Shown here: one piece after another, positions 52,902 through 63,241 of the stretch
Layout of the letters: the number at the start of each line of letters is the position of its first letter
Numbering within the stretch: the stretch's first letter is position 1
Notes under the pieces: generated by a model
Seen by the model: the letters and a program-made list of their open reading frames with translations, nothing else
The model's database searches: none
Told to the model about the DNA's origin: nothing
Made by a program: the position numbers and the translations under genes
Assembly (NCBI RefSeq): GCF_049554935.1
Contig: NZ_CP186926.1
Span: 1,248,001-1,312,000, forward strand
Length of the DNA stretch: 64,000 nt
Reading direction: 5' to 3'
From: Methanocaldococcus indicus
GTDB lineage: Archaea; AGJL01; Methanococci; Methanococcales; Methanocaldococcaceae

Positions 52902-53759
52902 TTATTTTTTAGTTTCTTCTATAATCATATTTAATACTTTTTCAGGAATATCATTGTATATTATTGATGCTCCTTTCCATGAAGGAGTAGAATTAACCTC
53001 CAAAATATATGTTTTGTCTCCTTCCAACAAATCAATTCCACCATAATATAAATTAAAAGCTTTTTTAACCTTGTAGCATATCTTTCTCATCTCTATATCT
53101 AACTCACAAATCTCCACTCTCCCTCCTAATGATATATTATTTTTCCAGTTATCTCCACCTATCCTATATATTGGATAAAGTTCATCTCCAACAATAAAAA
53201 CTCTTATATCTCTATAATCATCATATTTGCACTCAACAAATTTTTGAATATAAAATGTAGTATATTTCTTTTGAAACTCTTCTAAATCTTTTATCTTTTT
53301 TGTTATTGAATGTTCTTTTTTTAATCTTATAATCCCCTCTCCCCCACTACCAAATAGTGGTTTTATAACAGCATCTTCAAGATAATCAATAATCTTTAAA
53401 GCTTCTGATATATTCTCAGTTACATATGTCTCTGGGTGTGGAATATCTAACTTTTTAAACATTATTGAAGACAAAAACTTATTTGATGCTAAATTTATTG
53501 TTTCATAAGGATTAACAACAAAACAAAACTCTTCCAAAAATTTTAAAATATCAAATCTAAAAAAGCTATCATATCCAAGGTTTCTAACAAAAATAGCATC
53601 TAAATGTTTTAAAGATAGCTTATAATGATAAACATTATCTAAATCAGTAACTATATTTTTAGGATTGATAACATGATAATCAATATCTTTCTTTTTACAA
53701 ACATCTATTAGGTCATTGACTACATTGTCTCTTTCTATTGTTAATATTCCCAACCTCAT
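52902..53759 (-). CDS. mptN: RimK-family ATP-grasp ligase, likely tetrahydromethanopterin:alpha-L-glutamate ligase
   Basis: KPLFGSGGEG, RDIR, WKNNISLGG, LEVNSTPSW; N-terminus resembles MJ0620 as recalled. Confidence 0.8.
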   Translation of the reverse strand: MRLGILTIERDNVVNDLIDVCKKKDIDYHVINPKNIVTDLDNVYHYKLSLKHLDAIFVRNLGYDSFFRFDILKFLEEFCFVVNPYETINLASNKFLSSIMFKKLDIPHPETYVTENISEALKIIDYLEDAVIKPLFGSGGEGIIRLKKEHSITKKIKDLEEFQKKYTTFYIQKFVECKYDDYRDIRVFIVGDELYPIYRIGGDNWKNNISLGGRVEICELDIEMRKICYKVKKAFNLYYGGIDLLEGDKTYILEVNSTPSWKGASIIYNDIPEKVLNMIIEETKK

Positions 53760-54226
53760 TATTTCCCTTTGTATATTCCATTATAAATATTTGATTTTTC
53801 ACATCTTACAAAAACAATCTGGCAAATTCTTGCAAACTTATGTATTTTTATATCTCTATATACTTTTAATAGATATTCTGGATATCCTTCATATCCAGGG
53901 TCATGGACAGCTGAGTAAATAGTGGCTCCCATCCTTAACAAAGAACTTCTTGGATAAACAAATCCTGCAACATTCTGAGGAATTTTTAAGTAATCATATA
54001 CTTTAACTAAGTACTCTCCTCTCTTTAATAGAATATAATCATCTTTTTCAGAGTTAAATATCTCCTTATAGTTTGGAAGTTTTCTTTTTTCATTTGTAAA
54101 ATCTATTTCTCCACCATCTTCTATTTCAAAAATTTTCCAAACTCTTAAATCAACTCCACACTGCTGTACTTGTTTGTTATCCAAGTTCTTAAAAAAATTT
54201 TTTATTTCATCAATAGATACAATCAT
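53759..54226 (-). CDS. dut: dUTPase (dCTP deaminase-like family)
   Basis: [33 protein letters not shown]. Confidence 0.85.
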   Translation of the reverse strand: MIVSIDEIKNFFKNLDNKQVQQCGVDLRVWKIFEIEDGGEIDFTNEKRKLPNYKEIFNSEKDDYILLKRGEYLVKVYDYLKIPQNVAGFVYPRSSLLRMGATIYSAVHDPGYEGYPEYLLKVYRDIKIHKFARICQIVFVRCEKSNIYNGIYKGK

Positions 54227-54831
54227 GGTATCAGCTTTTTCTCTACAACTCTACCTCTTGGCTCTACTTCCTCAAAAATTTGAGCTTGGAATCTGTATAT
54301 TTTTACACCATCTAACAGCCAAGCATCTGGTGGTAAGCCAGCTTTCAAACATAGATGAGCTAAAAACTCTTCTACATCCCAGCCATACTCAACAGGAACT
54401 TGTGGAAGTAATAGACCTCTATATGGCCCATATTCAATAATTAAGCCATCTCTACCAATAACTATCTTCTCTAAATACTCTTTTGGATGATTAACTTCTA
54501 TTAGTTCTGGTTTTGTTAAAATACTTACTTCAACAACAATACCATCCATCTCATCCAAAGTTACTGGTGGAAATCTTGGGTCTCTTGTAGCAGCTGAAAT
54601 AGCAGCTTCTTTTAAAGCTTCAATTAATGGAAGAATTGGTTCAGGAAAGCCAATACATCCTCTTAGTTCTCTATCTGGATATGTATGTAGAGAGCAAAAA
54701 CATCCTCTTTTTTCATTAAAAACTTCTGGATAATCTTCAATAACTAAATCTTCTCCTTTTAAATAACTCTCTATAACAGCTCTTGCAAATTTAACAGCAA
54801 AAGTTCCCTCTTCTAAGGTTAATAATCTCAT
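54223..54831 (-). CDS. AMMECR1 family protein
   Basis: LRGCIG, DPRFPP, GLLLPQV, LCLKAGL. Confidence 0.93.
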   Translation of the reverse strand: MRLLTLEEGTFAVKFARAVIESYLKGEDLVIEDYPEVFNEKRGCFCSLHTYPDRELRGCIGFPEPILPLIEALKEAAISAATRDPRFPPVTLDEMDGIVVEVSILTKPELIEVNHPKEYLEKIVIGRDGLIIEYGPYRGLLLPQVPVEYGWDVEEFLAHLCLKAGLPPDAWLLDGVKIYRFQAQIFEEVEPRGRVVEKKLIP

Positions 54832-54850
54832 TCTATCACCAAAATTTAAA

Positions 54851-54904
54851 GCTCAGTCGTCCCAGGCATCATCATAAATCAGCCTATAACCCTATCATCA
54901 TCGC
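54851..54904 (-). ncRNA. Box C/D guide sRNA
   Basis: GCG-AUGAUGA(C)-UAGGGUUAUAGG-CUGA(D')-UUU-AUGAUGA(C')-UGCCUGGGACGA-CUGA(D)-GC: four consensus boxes with two 12-nt guides. Confidence 0.92.
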
Positions 54905-54916
54905 ATAAATAAAATT

Positions 54917-55576
54917 TTATTGATAAAGATATTTATAAACTACTCCTAAAAATTCATCTACTTTCTTATAATCTTTTTTTCCTTTTTCACTTTCTAAGGA
55001 TGATGAGACATCTATACCATAAGGTTGAACTTTTTTAATAGCATCAACAACATTATTCTTATTTAATCCACCAGCTAAGATTAATGGCTTATCTATATTC
55101 TCCCTAATTTTTTTAGAAACTTCCCAATTGTGGGTTTTACCTTCAATTTTTATATTTTCAATTTTTGTATCTACTAAAATAGCATCAACATATTTAGAAT
55201 AGCTTTTAGCTATTTTGATAATCTCATTTATATCTAAATTATCATCTTTTGGAATATGCAAAGCTTTGATTATTGGGATATTAACAATCTTCTTTAAATT
55301 TTTTATAAATTCTATATCTTCATAACCATGGAGCTGTATAGCAGAAGGCTGTAATTCTTTATATACATTAACAACATCTTCAATAGAGGAGGGCATTAAA
55401 ACAGCTACCAATGATGTGAAAATTGGCACATAATTTTTTAAAAAAATAGCTTTATCTAAACTTATTTTTCTTGGAGTTTTTATGGGGACATCTATAATAA
55501 AACCAATAGCATGAACTTTTTTAGAAATATATTGAACATCTTCCTTGTTTGTTAAACCACAAATTTTTATCTTTAT
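54917..55576 (-). CDS. trpF: Phosphoribosylanthranilate isomerase; probable ATA start
   Basis: Frame open from 55576: IKIKICGLTN...AIQLHG...ILAGGL...IDVSS; GGTGA 6 nt upstream. Confidence 0.88.
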   Translation of the reverse strand: MKIKICGLTNKEDVQYISKKVHAIGFIIDVPIKTPRKISLDKAIFLKNYVPIFTSLVAVLMPSSIEDVVNVYKELQPSAIQLHGYEDIEFIKNLKKIVNIPIIKALHIPKDDNLDINEIIKIAKSYSKYVDAILVDTKIENIKIEGKTHNWEVSKKIRENIDKPLILAGGLNKNNVVDAIKKVQPYGIDVSSSLESEKGKKDYKKVDEFLGVVYKYLYQ

Positions 55577-56097
55577 TTGTATTCACCTTTCTGATGTTGT
55601 AGAATTCTTTTTTTTGCTTTATCTTGAGAATCCTCTGAGAGAGTTTCATTAATTATAGATAAAAGATACTCTACTAAATCTTTTAATGTAGCAATTAGTT
55701 CAGGTGTAACATCAATTATATCATCTTTTGTAATCACACCTTCTATCTCCCCATTTTCATTAATAACAAAAATCTCTTTAGCTTTTTTATCTTTCATTAG
55801 CTTTATAACATCTTCTATAGATGTCTCTGGAGGTACTGTAACTATATTGTTTGATGCTATTTCAGAGGCTTTTACAGCTTCTGGAGGTAGTTTCTTTACT
55901 AAAACTTTGTTTAAAATATCATCAGTACGAGCTACTTTAATATTTTTATCTTTTGTTGATACTACAATAACACTACATCTTTTTTCATCAACTAACAACT
56001 TAGCTAAGTCATAAACAGTAATATCCCCACTAACAACAATAGGCTCTTTCATTATAACAAATGCTGGGACTGTTCCTACCATTAAAATCTTCCTCAT
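55573..56097 (-). CDS. CBS domain protein
   Basis: Paired CBS motifs (IVTVPPETSIEDVIKLM...GVITKDDI). Confidence 0.8.
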   Translation of the reverse strand: MRKILMVGTVPAFVIMKEPIVVSGDITVYDLAKLLVDEKRCSVIVVSTKDKNIKVARTDDILNKVLVKKLPPEAVKASEIASNNIVTVPPETSIEDVIKLMKDKKAKEIFVINENGEIEGVITKDDIIDVTPELIATLKDLVEYLLSIINETLSEDSQDKAKKRILQHQKGEYK

Positions 56098-56205
56098 TAC
56101 AAATGATTTTAAATAGGTAATATAACATTTTTAATAACTTAAAGTAATATAAATGATATTAAACTTAATAGTTAGATAATCTATATAAAAATTAGGGTAT
56201 GTGTA

Positions 56206-56901
56206 ATGAAAGTGGATTTACATGTGCATTCTTGGGTTAGTAAATGTTCATTGAATCCAATATTTATATTAAGGAAGAAATGTAAAAAGTTAGGAATAAC
56301 TCCAGCTATATGTGACCATAATAAGCTCACTAAGTTAGATTTTGCAATTCCAGGAGAAGAGATAGCTACGAACAAAGGAGAGTTTATAGGCTTATTTATT
56401 GAAGAAGAGATTCCAAAAGGTTTGGATTTATTTGAGGCAATGGATAGAGTTAAAGAGCAATCTGGCTTAATTATCTTGCCTCATCCATTTGACTATAAAA
56501 GAAAGAGGAGTTTAGCAAAGTTTAATGTTGTTGAAGATAAAGAATTTTTAAAAAGAGTTGATATTGTTGAAGTGTTCAATAGTAGATGTAGAGATTTAAC
56601 ACCCAATATAATGGCATTGGAATATGCAAAGAAACATAAATTTGCAGTTTCTTTTGGTAGTGATGCTCATTTTCCATGGGAGTTAGGGAATGTATATATA
56701 AAATTGGATATAAATGAAATTGAACCTAAAACACTACTTAAGGGTTTAAAAGAGGTTAGTAAATATTTATTTAACTATCAAGACATATACACAAATCCAT
56801 GGAAATCAAAATATTTCTTTGGAAAACTTGGAAATTGCAAAAATATAGAATTATATAGTAAGATATTAAAAAATATCAGAAATTTAAGGTTTTCTTTTTA
56901 A
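56206..56901 (+). CDS. PHP-family metal-dependent phosphoesterase
   Basis: DLHVHS, AICDHN, PHPF, EVFNSR, GSDAH. Confidence 0.9.
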   Translation: MKVDLHVHSWVSKCSLNPIFILRKKCKKLGITPAICDHNKLTKLDFAIPGEEIATNKGEFIGLFIEEEIPKGLDLFEAMDRVKEQSGLIILPHPFDYKRKRSLAKFNVVEDKEFLKRVDIVEVFNSRCRDLTPNIMALEYAKKHKFAVSFGSDAHFPWELGNVYIKLDINEIEPKTLLKGLKEVSKYLFNYQDIYTNPWKSKYFFGKLGNCKNIELYSKILKNIRNLRFSF

Positions 56902-57456
56902 TCTATGCCCACAATATGGACAAACCAACCAATCTGGTTGTATTGGCCTCTTACAATTTGGACATCTTAGTTCTTCTTCAACCTCTTCTTTTAATTTTAC
57001 TCCACAGTGAGTACAGTATAACCAAGTGTCAAAGATGTATTTATTACAATTCTTACATCTTCTTACTTCTTCTTCAAATACCATTTTGTCTATTTCTGCT
57101 CCACAATTAGCGCAGTATTCCCAACCTAAATCAACAGGATTCTTACAGTTGTTACAAATAGGAACATAAGTTGTGAATTTAGCTCCAAGAGCTTTTTTTA
57201 GCTTTTCCAAAGTAATCATTGCTTCTCTTCTAATAACTTCATCAGGGTCATATTCAATAATATGATTTAATAGAGTAATAATTTCATTCAAAGTATTTTT
57301 ATCATAAGCATCCATATAAAGTATTGCTTCAGGTCTATTTTCACAAATTTCTTGTAATTTTCTTAAGGTTATTAATCTTGTTCCTGGAACAGAACTTCTT
57401 AATCCTGCAATAATACTCATTTTTTCTTCTTCAGATAGTGGGATTATATAAACCAT
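56884..57456 (-). CDS. HEAT-repeat + double zinc ribbon protein
   Basis: DPDEVIRREA HEAT-like motif; three CxxC-x10-CxxCG ribbons. Confidence 0.8.
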   Translation of the reverse strand: MVYIIPLSEEEKMSIIAGLRSSVPGTRLITLRKLQEICENRPEAILYMDAYDKNTLNEIITLLNHIIEYDPDEVIRREAMITLEKLKKALGAKFTTYVPICNNCKNPVDLGWEYCANCGAEIDKMVFEEEVRRCKNCNKYIFDTWLYCTHCGVKLKEEVEEELRCPNCKRPIQPDWLVCPYCGHRLKRKP

Positions 57457-57458
57457 AT

Positions 57459-57929
57459 TTATCTCACCTGATATTGTATTTTATCATTGACCCATAAACT
57501 TCCTAATTTCTCAGCTCTATCAAACAAGTATAATGTTGCAGTAGCTATCTCATCCTTGGACATATCTAATAGCCCCACAAGTTTTGCATCTCTCCTATCT
57601 ATCTTAAACTTATAATATACAATAGGATTTCCTGAATTGTTATAATAACAAATTATCTGAACTTCATCTGCATTTGTATTTTTAAAAACATAATATGTAA
57701 TCATCAATATTTTATACTTTGTGTCTATATCCAAATTTCCAGGTATTATCTTTGGATTTAATTTATTTATCATTTGATAGACAATTATAACATTTTTCCC
57801 ATCTATTGTCGTATTTTGGATTTTAACTACATTGTATTCCTTGTATAAAATGTCAGGGTATCCTGGATTTAAACAGCCTAAGAAAATTGTAGTCACTAAA
57901 ACCAATACAATAAGATATTTACTGTTCAT
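57459..57929 (-). CDS. Hypothetical lipoprotein
   Basis: Signal peptide with FLGC lipobox. Confidence 0.7.
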   Translation of the reverse strand: MNSKYLIVLVLVTTIFLGCLNPGYPDILYKEYNVVKIQNTTIDGKNVIIVYQMINKLNPKIIPGNLDIDTKYKILMITYYVFKNTNADEVQIICYYNNSGNPIVYYKFKIDRRDAKLVGLLDMSKDEIATATLYLFDRAEKLGSLWVNDKIQYQVR

Positions 57930-58136
57930 AAATAATTACCCCACACATAATGTATTAGTAAATCCTACCTACTCTTAATATTTTAGTGCTAAATACTATA
58001 AAATCCTTATTTTTTATCTCTTAAACGTATATTTGTTGAACTTGTATAGGCAAAAATTTTTATATGCAATATAATTAATTAACATTAACATATAAATATC
58101 AGATATTAGATATGAACAACCGTACATATCACTTAG

Positions 58137-59162
<1,026 letters not shown>

Positions 59163-59164
59163 TT

Positions 59165-59911
59165 ATGGGAAAAATAAATTATTTTGATATATTAATAATC
59201 TTTTTATCAACTATTATTTTTATCTTTATACTCTTACCTATTCTTAACTTACTTATAAATCATGGTGATTTTTCATATATTGATGAGGAAGTGTTAGATG
59301 CATTTAAAACAACTTTTTTAGCTGGATTTGTTGCTACATTTATAGCTTTAATTTTTGGTATCCCAACAGGCTATTTTTTGGCAAGATACAACTTTAAATT
59401 TAAAAGTGTTTTTGAGGCTTTAATTGATATACCTATAGCTATCCCTCATAGTGTTATAGGAATTATGTTACTATTATTAATTTATGGAATTAATTTTTTC
59501 AAACTTTTGGGTAATTATATTGTAGATAACTTTTGGGGGATTGTATTAGTTTATCTATTTGTTGGTATTCCTTTTATGGTAAATAGCATTAGAGATGGAT
59601 TTTTAAGTGTAGATGAGGAATTAGAATATGTATCAAGGACATTAGGAGCCTCTAAAATAAAAACTTTCTTTAATGTTTCTCTACCTCTAATAAAAAACAA
59701 TATTGTTTCAGGATGTATTTTATGTTTTGCAAGAGGTATAAGTGAAGTTGGAGCTATTCTTATTATTGCATACTATCCAAAAACAATTCCAGTGTTGATA
59801 TATGAAAGATTCATTAATTTTGGATTGCCTGCATCAAAACCTATAGCTGCATGTATGATTTTAGTTAGTATATTACTATTTGCTATATTAAGAGGAATAA
59901 CCAAAAGGTAG
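59165..59911 (+). CDS. wtpB: Tungstate ABC permease
   Basis: DIPIAIPHSV, EAA-like SRTLGAS, FARGISEVGA. Confidence 0.9.
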   Translation: MGKINYFDILIIFLSTIIFIFILLPILNLLINHGDFSYIDEEVLDAFKTTFLAGFVATFIALIFGIPTGYFLARYNFKFKSVFEALIDIPIAIPHSVIGIMLLLLIYGINFFKLLGNYIVDNFWGIVLVYLFVGIPFMVNSIRDGFLSVDEELEYVSRTLGASKIKTFFNVSLPLIKNNIVSGCILCFARGISEVGAILIIAYYPKTIPVLIYERFINFGLPASKPIAACMILVSILLFAILRGITKR

Positions 59912-59915
59912 GAAT

Positions 59916-60803
59916 ATGCTTATAGTTGAAAATTTACATAAAAAATTTAAAAATTTTGAACTTAAAAACATCTCTTTTAAGCTTAATAAAGAGTATTGTA
60001 TAATTCTTGGTCCAAGTGGTGCAGGAAAATCAATTCTATTGAAATGTATTGCAGGAATACTTTATCCAGAAAAGGGTAGGATATATTTAAATGGAGATGA
60101 TATAACTCACTTACCACCAGAAAAAAGGAATATTGGATATGTTCCTCAAAATTATGCTCTTTTTCCACATAAAAATGTTTATAAAAATATTGCTTATGGA
60201 TTGATAATTAGAAAAGTAAATAAAATTGAAATTGAAAAAAAGGTAAAAGAAATTGCTGAATTTTTAAATATTTCTCATCTTTTAGATAGAAAGCCAAATA
60301 CTTTAAGTGGAGGAGAACAGCAGAGAGTGGCATTAGCAAGGGCTTTAATTTTAAAACCTTCTATTTTATTATTAGATGAACCTACATCAGCAGTAGATAT
60401 TAAAATTAAAGAGGAAATTATAGCTGAGTTAAAAAAAATAGATTATATTCCTGTTATACATATAACACATGATTTAGCTGAAGCAAGAACATTAGGTAAA
60501 AAAATAGGTATATTTATAGAAGGAGAACTTTTAGCTTTTGGAGGCAAAGAAGTACTAAAAAAACCAAACAATAAAAAAATAGCTAAATTCTTGGGCTATA
60601 ATATTGTTGATAATAAAATAATTCCACCAGAAGATGTAATTTTAACTGATGGAAAAGATTGTAAAATAACTAATGTTATTGATTATGGATTCTATAAGAA
60701 GGTTTTTGTTGAATATAACAACACCATAATTGTAGCATATACCAATAAAAACTATAATATTGGAGACTATGTGAGTGTCAGTTTTAAAGATTTAGTTAAA
60801 TAA
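59916..60803 (+). CDS. wtpC: Tungstate ABC ATPase
   Basis: GPSGAGKS, LSGGEQQR, LLDEP. Confidence 0.9.
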   Translation: MLIVENLHKKFKNFELKNISFKLNKEYCIILGPSGAGKSILLKCIAGILYPEKGRIYLNGDDITHLPPEKRNIGYVPQNYALFPHKNVYKNIAYGLIIRKVNKIEIEKKVKEIAEFLNISHLLDRKPNTLSGGEQQRVALARALILKPSILLLDEPTSAVDIKIKEEIIAELKKIDYIPVIHITHDLAEARTLGKKIGIFIEGELLAFGGKEVLKKPNNKKIAKFLGYNIVDNKIIPPEDVILTDGKDCKITNVIDYGFYKKVFVEYNNTIIVAYTNKNYNIGDYVSVSFKDLVK

Positions 60804-60811
60804 ATATAAAA

Positions 60812-61558
60812 TTAATTGTCATACTTTACACTTAATTTATCATTGATTTCTCCTTTTCTTATAACTTCAAACAACTTACTAACAGATTCATTTGGTAACA
60901 CAATTAAAACATCAAAACCAGCACCTACATCACATACATATAATGAAGATTTAAAGGCCATAATGATATCATCATTCTTTATATTATTTTCATTAAAAAT
61001 TTTGTCTAATAGTTCATTACCCTTTCCTTCACAAAACTCTGGTGGTGACATAGTTAGAGATGTTTTCATAAAATTAGCAAATGAATCAACATATGCAGAT
61101 ATTAATATATTACAAATTTCATTAATAGCAGATATTTTCATTTCATCAAACTCATCTCCTTCAGCTTCCATACCCATTCCTGCCAACATTGCCCTAGATA
61201 AATTTAATGCAGAATCTCTTGAAAATATTAGAACTCCGGTTCCTTTAATATCCCCATTAAAATTAATTTTTGTTATTATTTTTTCATCTTCACCAAATTC
61301 CTCTTTTATTTCCTCAGGGGTTGCTAATCTTATATTAAAGACTTTTAGCTCAGAATTGTATCCTGTCATATCTGTTATAAATTTCATAGCCTTTTCAGAT
61401 GCATATTTTCCTACATCTTCAATTTTAGCTAAACAATCTAAGTCAAAATTATCAGCTAAGCCCCTATCTTCCATATTTTCTCCTAATGTCTTTTCAACAA
61501 TTGATTTAACAATAATTTCCAAAGATTTTTCAGAAATTTCAACATTTCCAATTTTCAT
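60812..61558 (-). CDS. cheC: Chemotaxis phosphatase CheC-like
   Basis: FNGDIKG, SAINEICNIL (SxxxExxN), MSPP; downstream of cheY. Confidence 0.85.
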   Translation of the reverse strand: MKIGNVEISEKSLEIIVKSIVEKTLGENMEDRGLADNFDLDCLAKIEDVGKYASEKAMKFITDMTGYNSELKVFNIRLATPEEIKEEFGEDEKIITKINFNGDIKGTGVLIFSRDSALNLSRAMLAGMGMEAEGDEFDEMKISAINEICNILISAYVDSFANFMKTSLTMSPPEFCEGKGNELLDKIFNENNIKNDDIIMAFKSSLYVCDVGAGFDVLIVLPNESVSKLFEVIRKGEINDKLSVKYDN

Positions 61559-61609
61559 AATATTCTCACTTAATTTAAGTTATTTCTAAAGGGAAAAAAG
61601 AGAAAATTT

Positions 61610-61987
61610 TTATTCATCAGGGAATAACTTATTTAGCTCTTCTAAAACCTTCTGAGCTTGGAATGGTTTAACAATATATCCATCAGCTCCAGCTTCTATA
61701 GCTTCAATAACTTTCTGTTCTTGGTCAATAGATGTACACATGACAATTTTAACATCAGGTAGTATTTTCTTTATTTCTCTTGTTGCAGTTATACCATCCA
61801 TCTCTGGCATAACAATATCCATAGTTATTAGGTCAGGTTTTAGTTCTTTTGCTTTTTCTATAGCCTCTTTTCCATTGGAAGCTTCACCTACAACTACAAA
61901 TTTTCCTGTAGGTGTTAAAATCTTTTTTAAAATGTTTCTCATAAAAGCTGAATCATCAACAATTAATGTTTTTACAATTTTTCCCAT
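61610..61987 (-). CDS. cheY: Chemotaxis response regulator CheY
   Basis: IVDDSAFMR, TMDIVMPEMDG, GYIVKPF. Confidence 0.93.
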   Translation of the reverse strand: MGKIVKTLIVDDSAFMRNILKKILTPTGKFVVVGEASNGKEAIEKAKELKPDLITMDIVMPEMDGITATREIKKILPDVKIVMCTSIDQEQKVIEAIEAGADGYIVKPFQAQKVLEELNKLFPDE

Positions 61988-62107
61988 AAATTTCCCACCT
62001 CAATAATAATAAATATCTCTACTAAAATTATTAAAAGTAATGTATATTATATGGTTATAAATAATTTATGTTTGTTATCTATTTTGTTACTTTATTGAGG
62101 GATAATA

Positions 62108-63217
62108 ATGTATGAGTTTGCTATTGGACCAGTACATCCTACTATGTTAGAACCCCATAGATTAAGGTTATTTATTGAAGATGAAACTATAAAAGATGCT
62201 GAACTTGTTATAGGAACTAATTTTAGAGGAATAGAATTAATTATGGAAGGACTACCTCCTGAAAAAATAAATATTATTGCTGAAAAAGTTTGTGGTATTT
62301 GCTCACATATTCATGTTTGGACTTGTGTTAAATTAGTTGAAGAGGTATGTAACATATATGTCCCAGAAAGAGCTGAGTATATAAGGGCAATTGTTGAAGA
62401 GTATGAGAGGATTCATAGTCATATGTTGTTTTTAGGCCATATATTAGAGGTTATAGGATTTGAAACCTTGGCTTATAGAACTTTTATGATTAGAGAGCCA
62501 ATAATGCAATCTCTTGAAATGATAACTGGTAATAGAGTTCAAAATTCATGTCCTTTAATTGGTGGAATTAGACCAAGATGTAATATTAAAGAGAGAGATA
62601 TTCCCAAACTATTAGAAAGAATAGAAAAATTTAAAGATGATTTAAAAAAACTCAAAGAAAGAATTTTAAATGACCCTATGATTATGGTTAGAGTTAAAGA
62701 AGTAGGTTATCTTGATAAAGAAACAGCTATGAAATATCATGCATTAGGCCCAACTGCAAGAGCTTCAGGATTAAAATCTGATATGAGAAAACTTGGCTAT
62801 GTCCCAGTTTATAATAACTTTGATTTTGATGAAATTTTATATGATGAAGGAGATGTTTATGCAAGAATATTTACAAGAATTGATGAATGTTTTGAAAGTG
62901 TAAAAATTATAGAGCAAGCACTTAATCATTTAAATGAACTTGATAAAGAATTCTATAATCCAAACTATGAATTAAAAAAATTCAAGCCAAAACACACTTT
63001 TAATGAAGCTCAAAGAGGACAAGTAATGTATTCTTATGGATTAGATGAGCATTTTAGAGTTAGGCAAGTAAAAATTAGGACTCCTACTGCTACAAACTTA
63101 GCTTGTATGGAAAAAATACTTCCTGGACATCACGTTAGTGAAGCAGAGTTAATTATTGTAAGTTGTGACCCTTGCTTTACCTGCACAGATAGGATGATTA
63201 AGATTATTAAAGAATAA
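62108..63217 (+). CDS. ehbN: Energy-converting (group 4) NiFe hydrogenase large subunit, probably EhbN
   Basis: [30 protein letters not shown]; stand-alone location fits dispersed ehb genes. Confidence 0.75.
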   Translation: MYEFAIGPVHPTMLEPHRLRLFIEDETIKDAELVIGTNFRGIELIMEGLPPEKINIIAEKVCGICSHIHVWTCVKLVEEVCNIYVPERAEYIRAIVEEYERIHSHMLFLGHILEVIGFETLAYRTFMIREPIMQSLEMITGNRVQNSCPLIGGIRPRCNIKERDIPKLLERIEKFKDDLKKLKERILNDPMIMVRVKEVGYLDKETAMKYHALGPTARASGLKSDMRKLGYVPVYNNFDFDEILYDEGDVYARIFTRIDECFESVKIIEQALNHLNELDKEFYNPNYELKKFKPKHTFNEAQRGQVMYSYGLDEHFRVRQVKIRTPTATNLACMEKILPGHHVSEAELIIVSCDPCFTCTDRMIKIIKE

Positions 63218-63241
63218 ATTTTCAAATTTAGAGGGATTTTT

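Noticed and set aside
60816-61589. 257-aa plus-strand ORF antisense to cheC
   Set aside because: Shadow frame of cheC; Ser/Ile/Phe-rich mirror composition, no RBS or motifs
62108-63217. Selenocysteine in the hydrogenase large subunit
   Set aside because: C-terminal motif is DPCFTC with Cys codons; no in-frame TGA. No Sec read-through candidate noticed elsewhere
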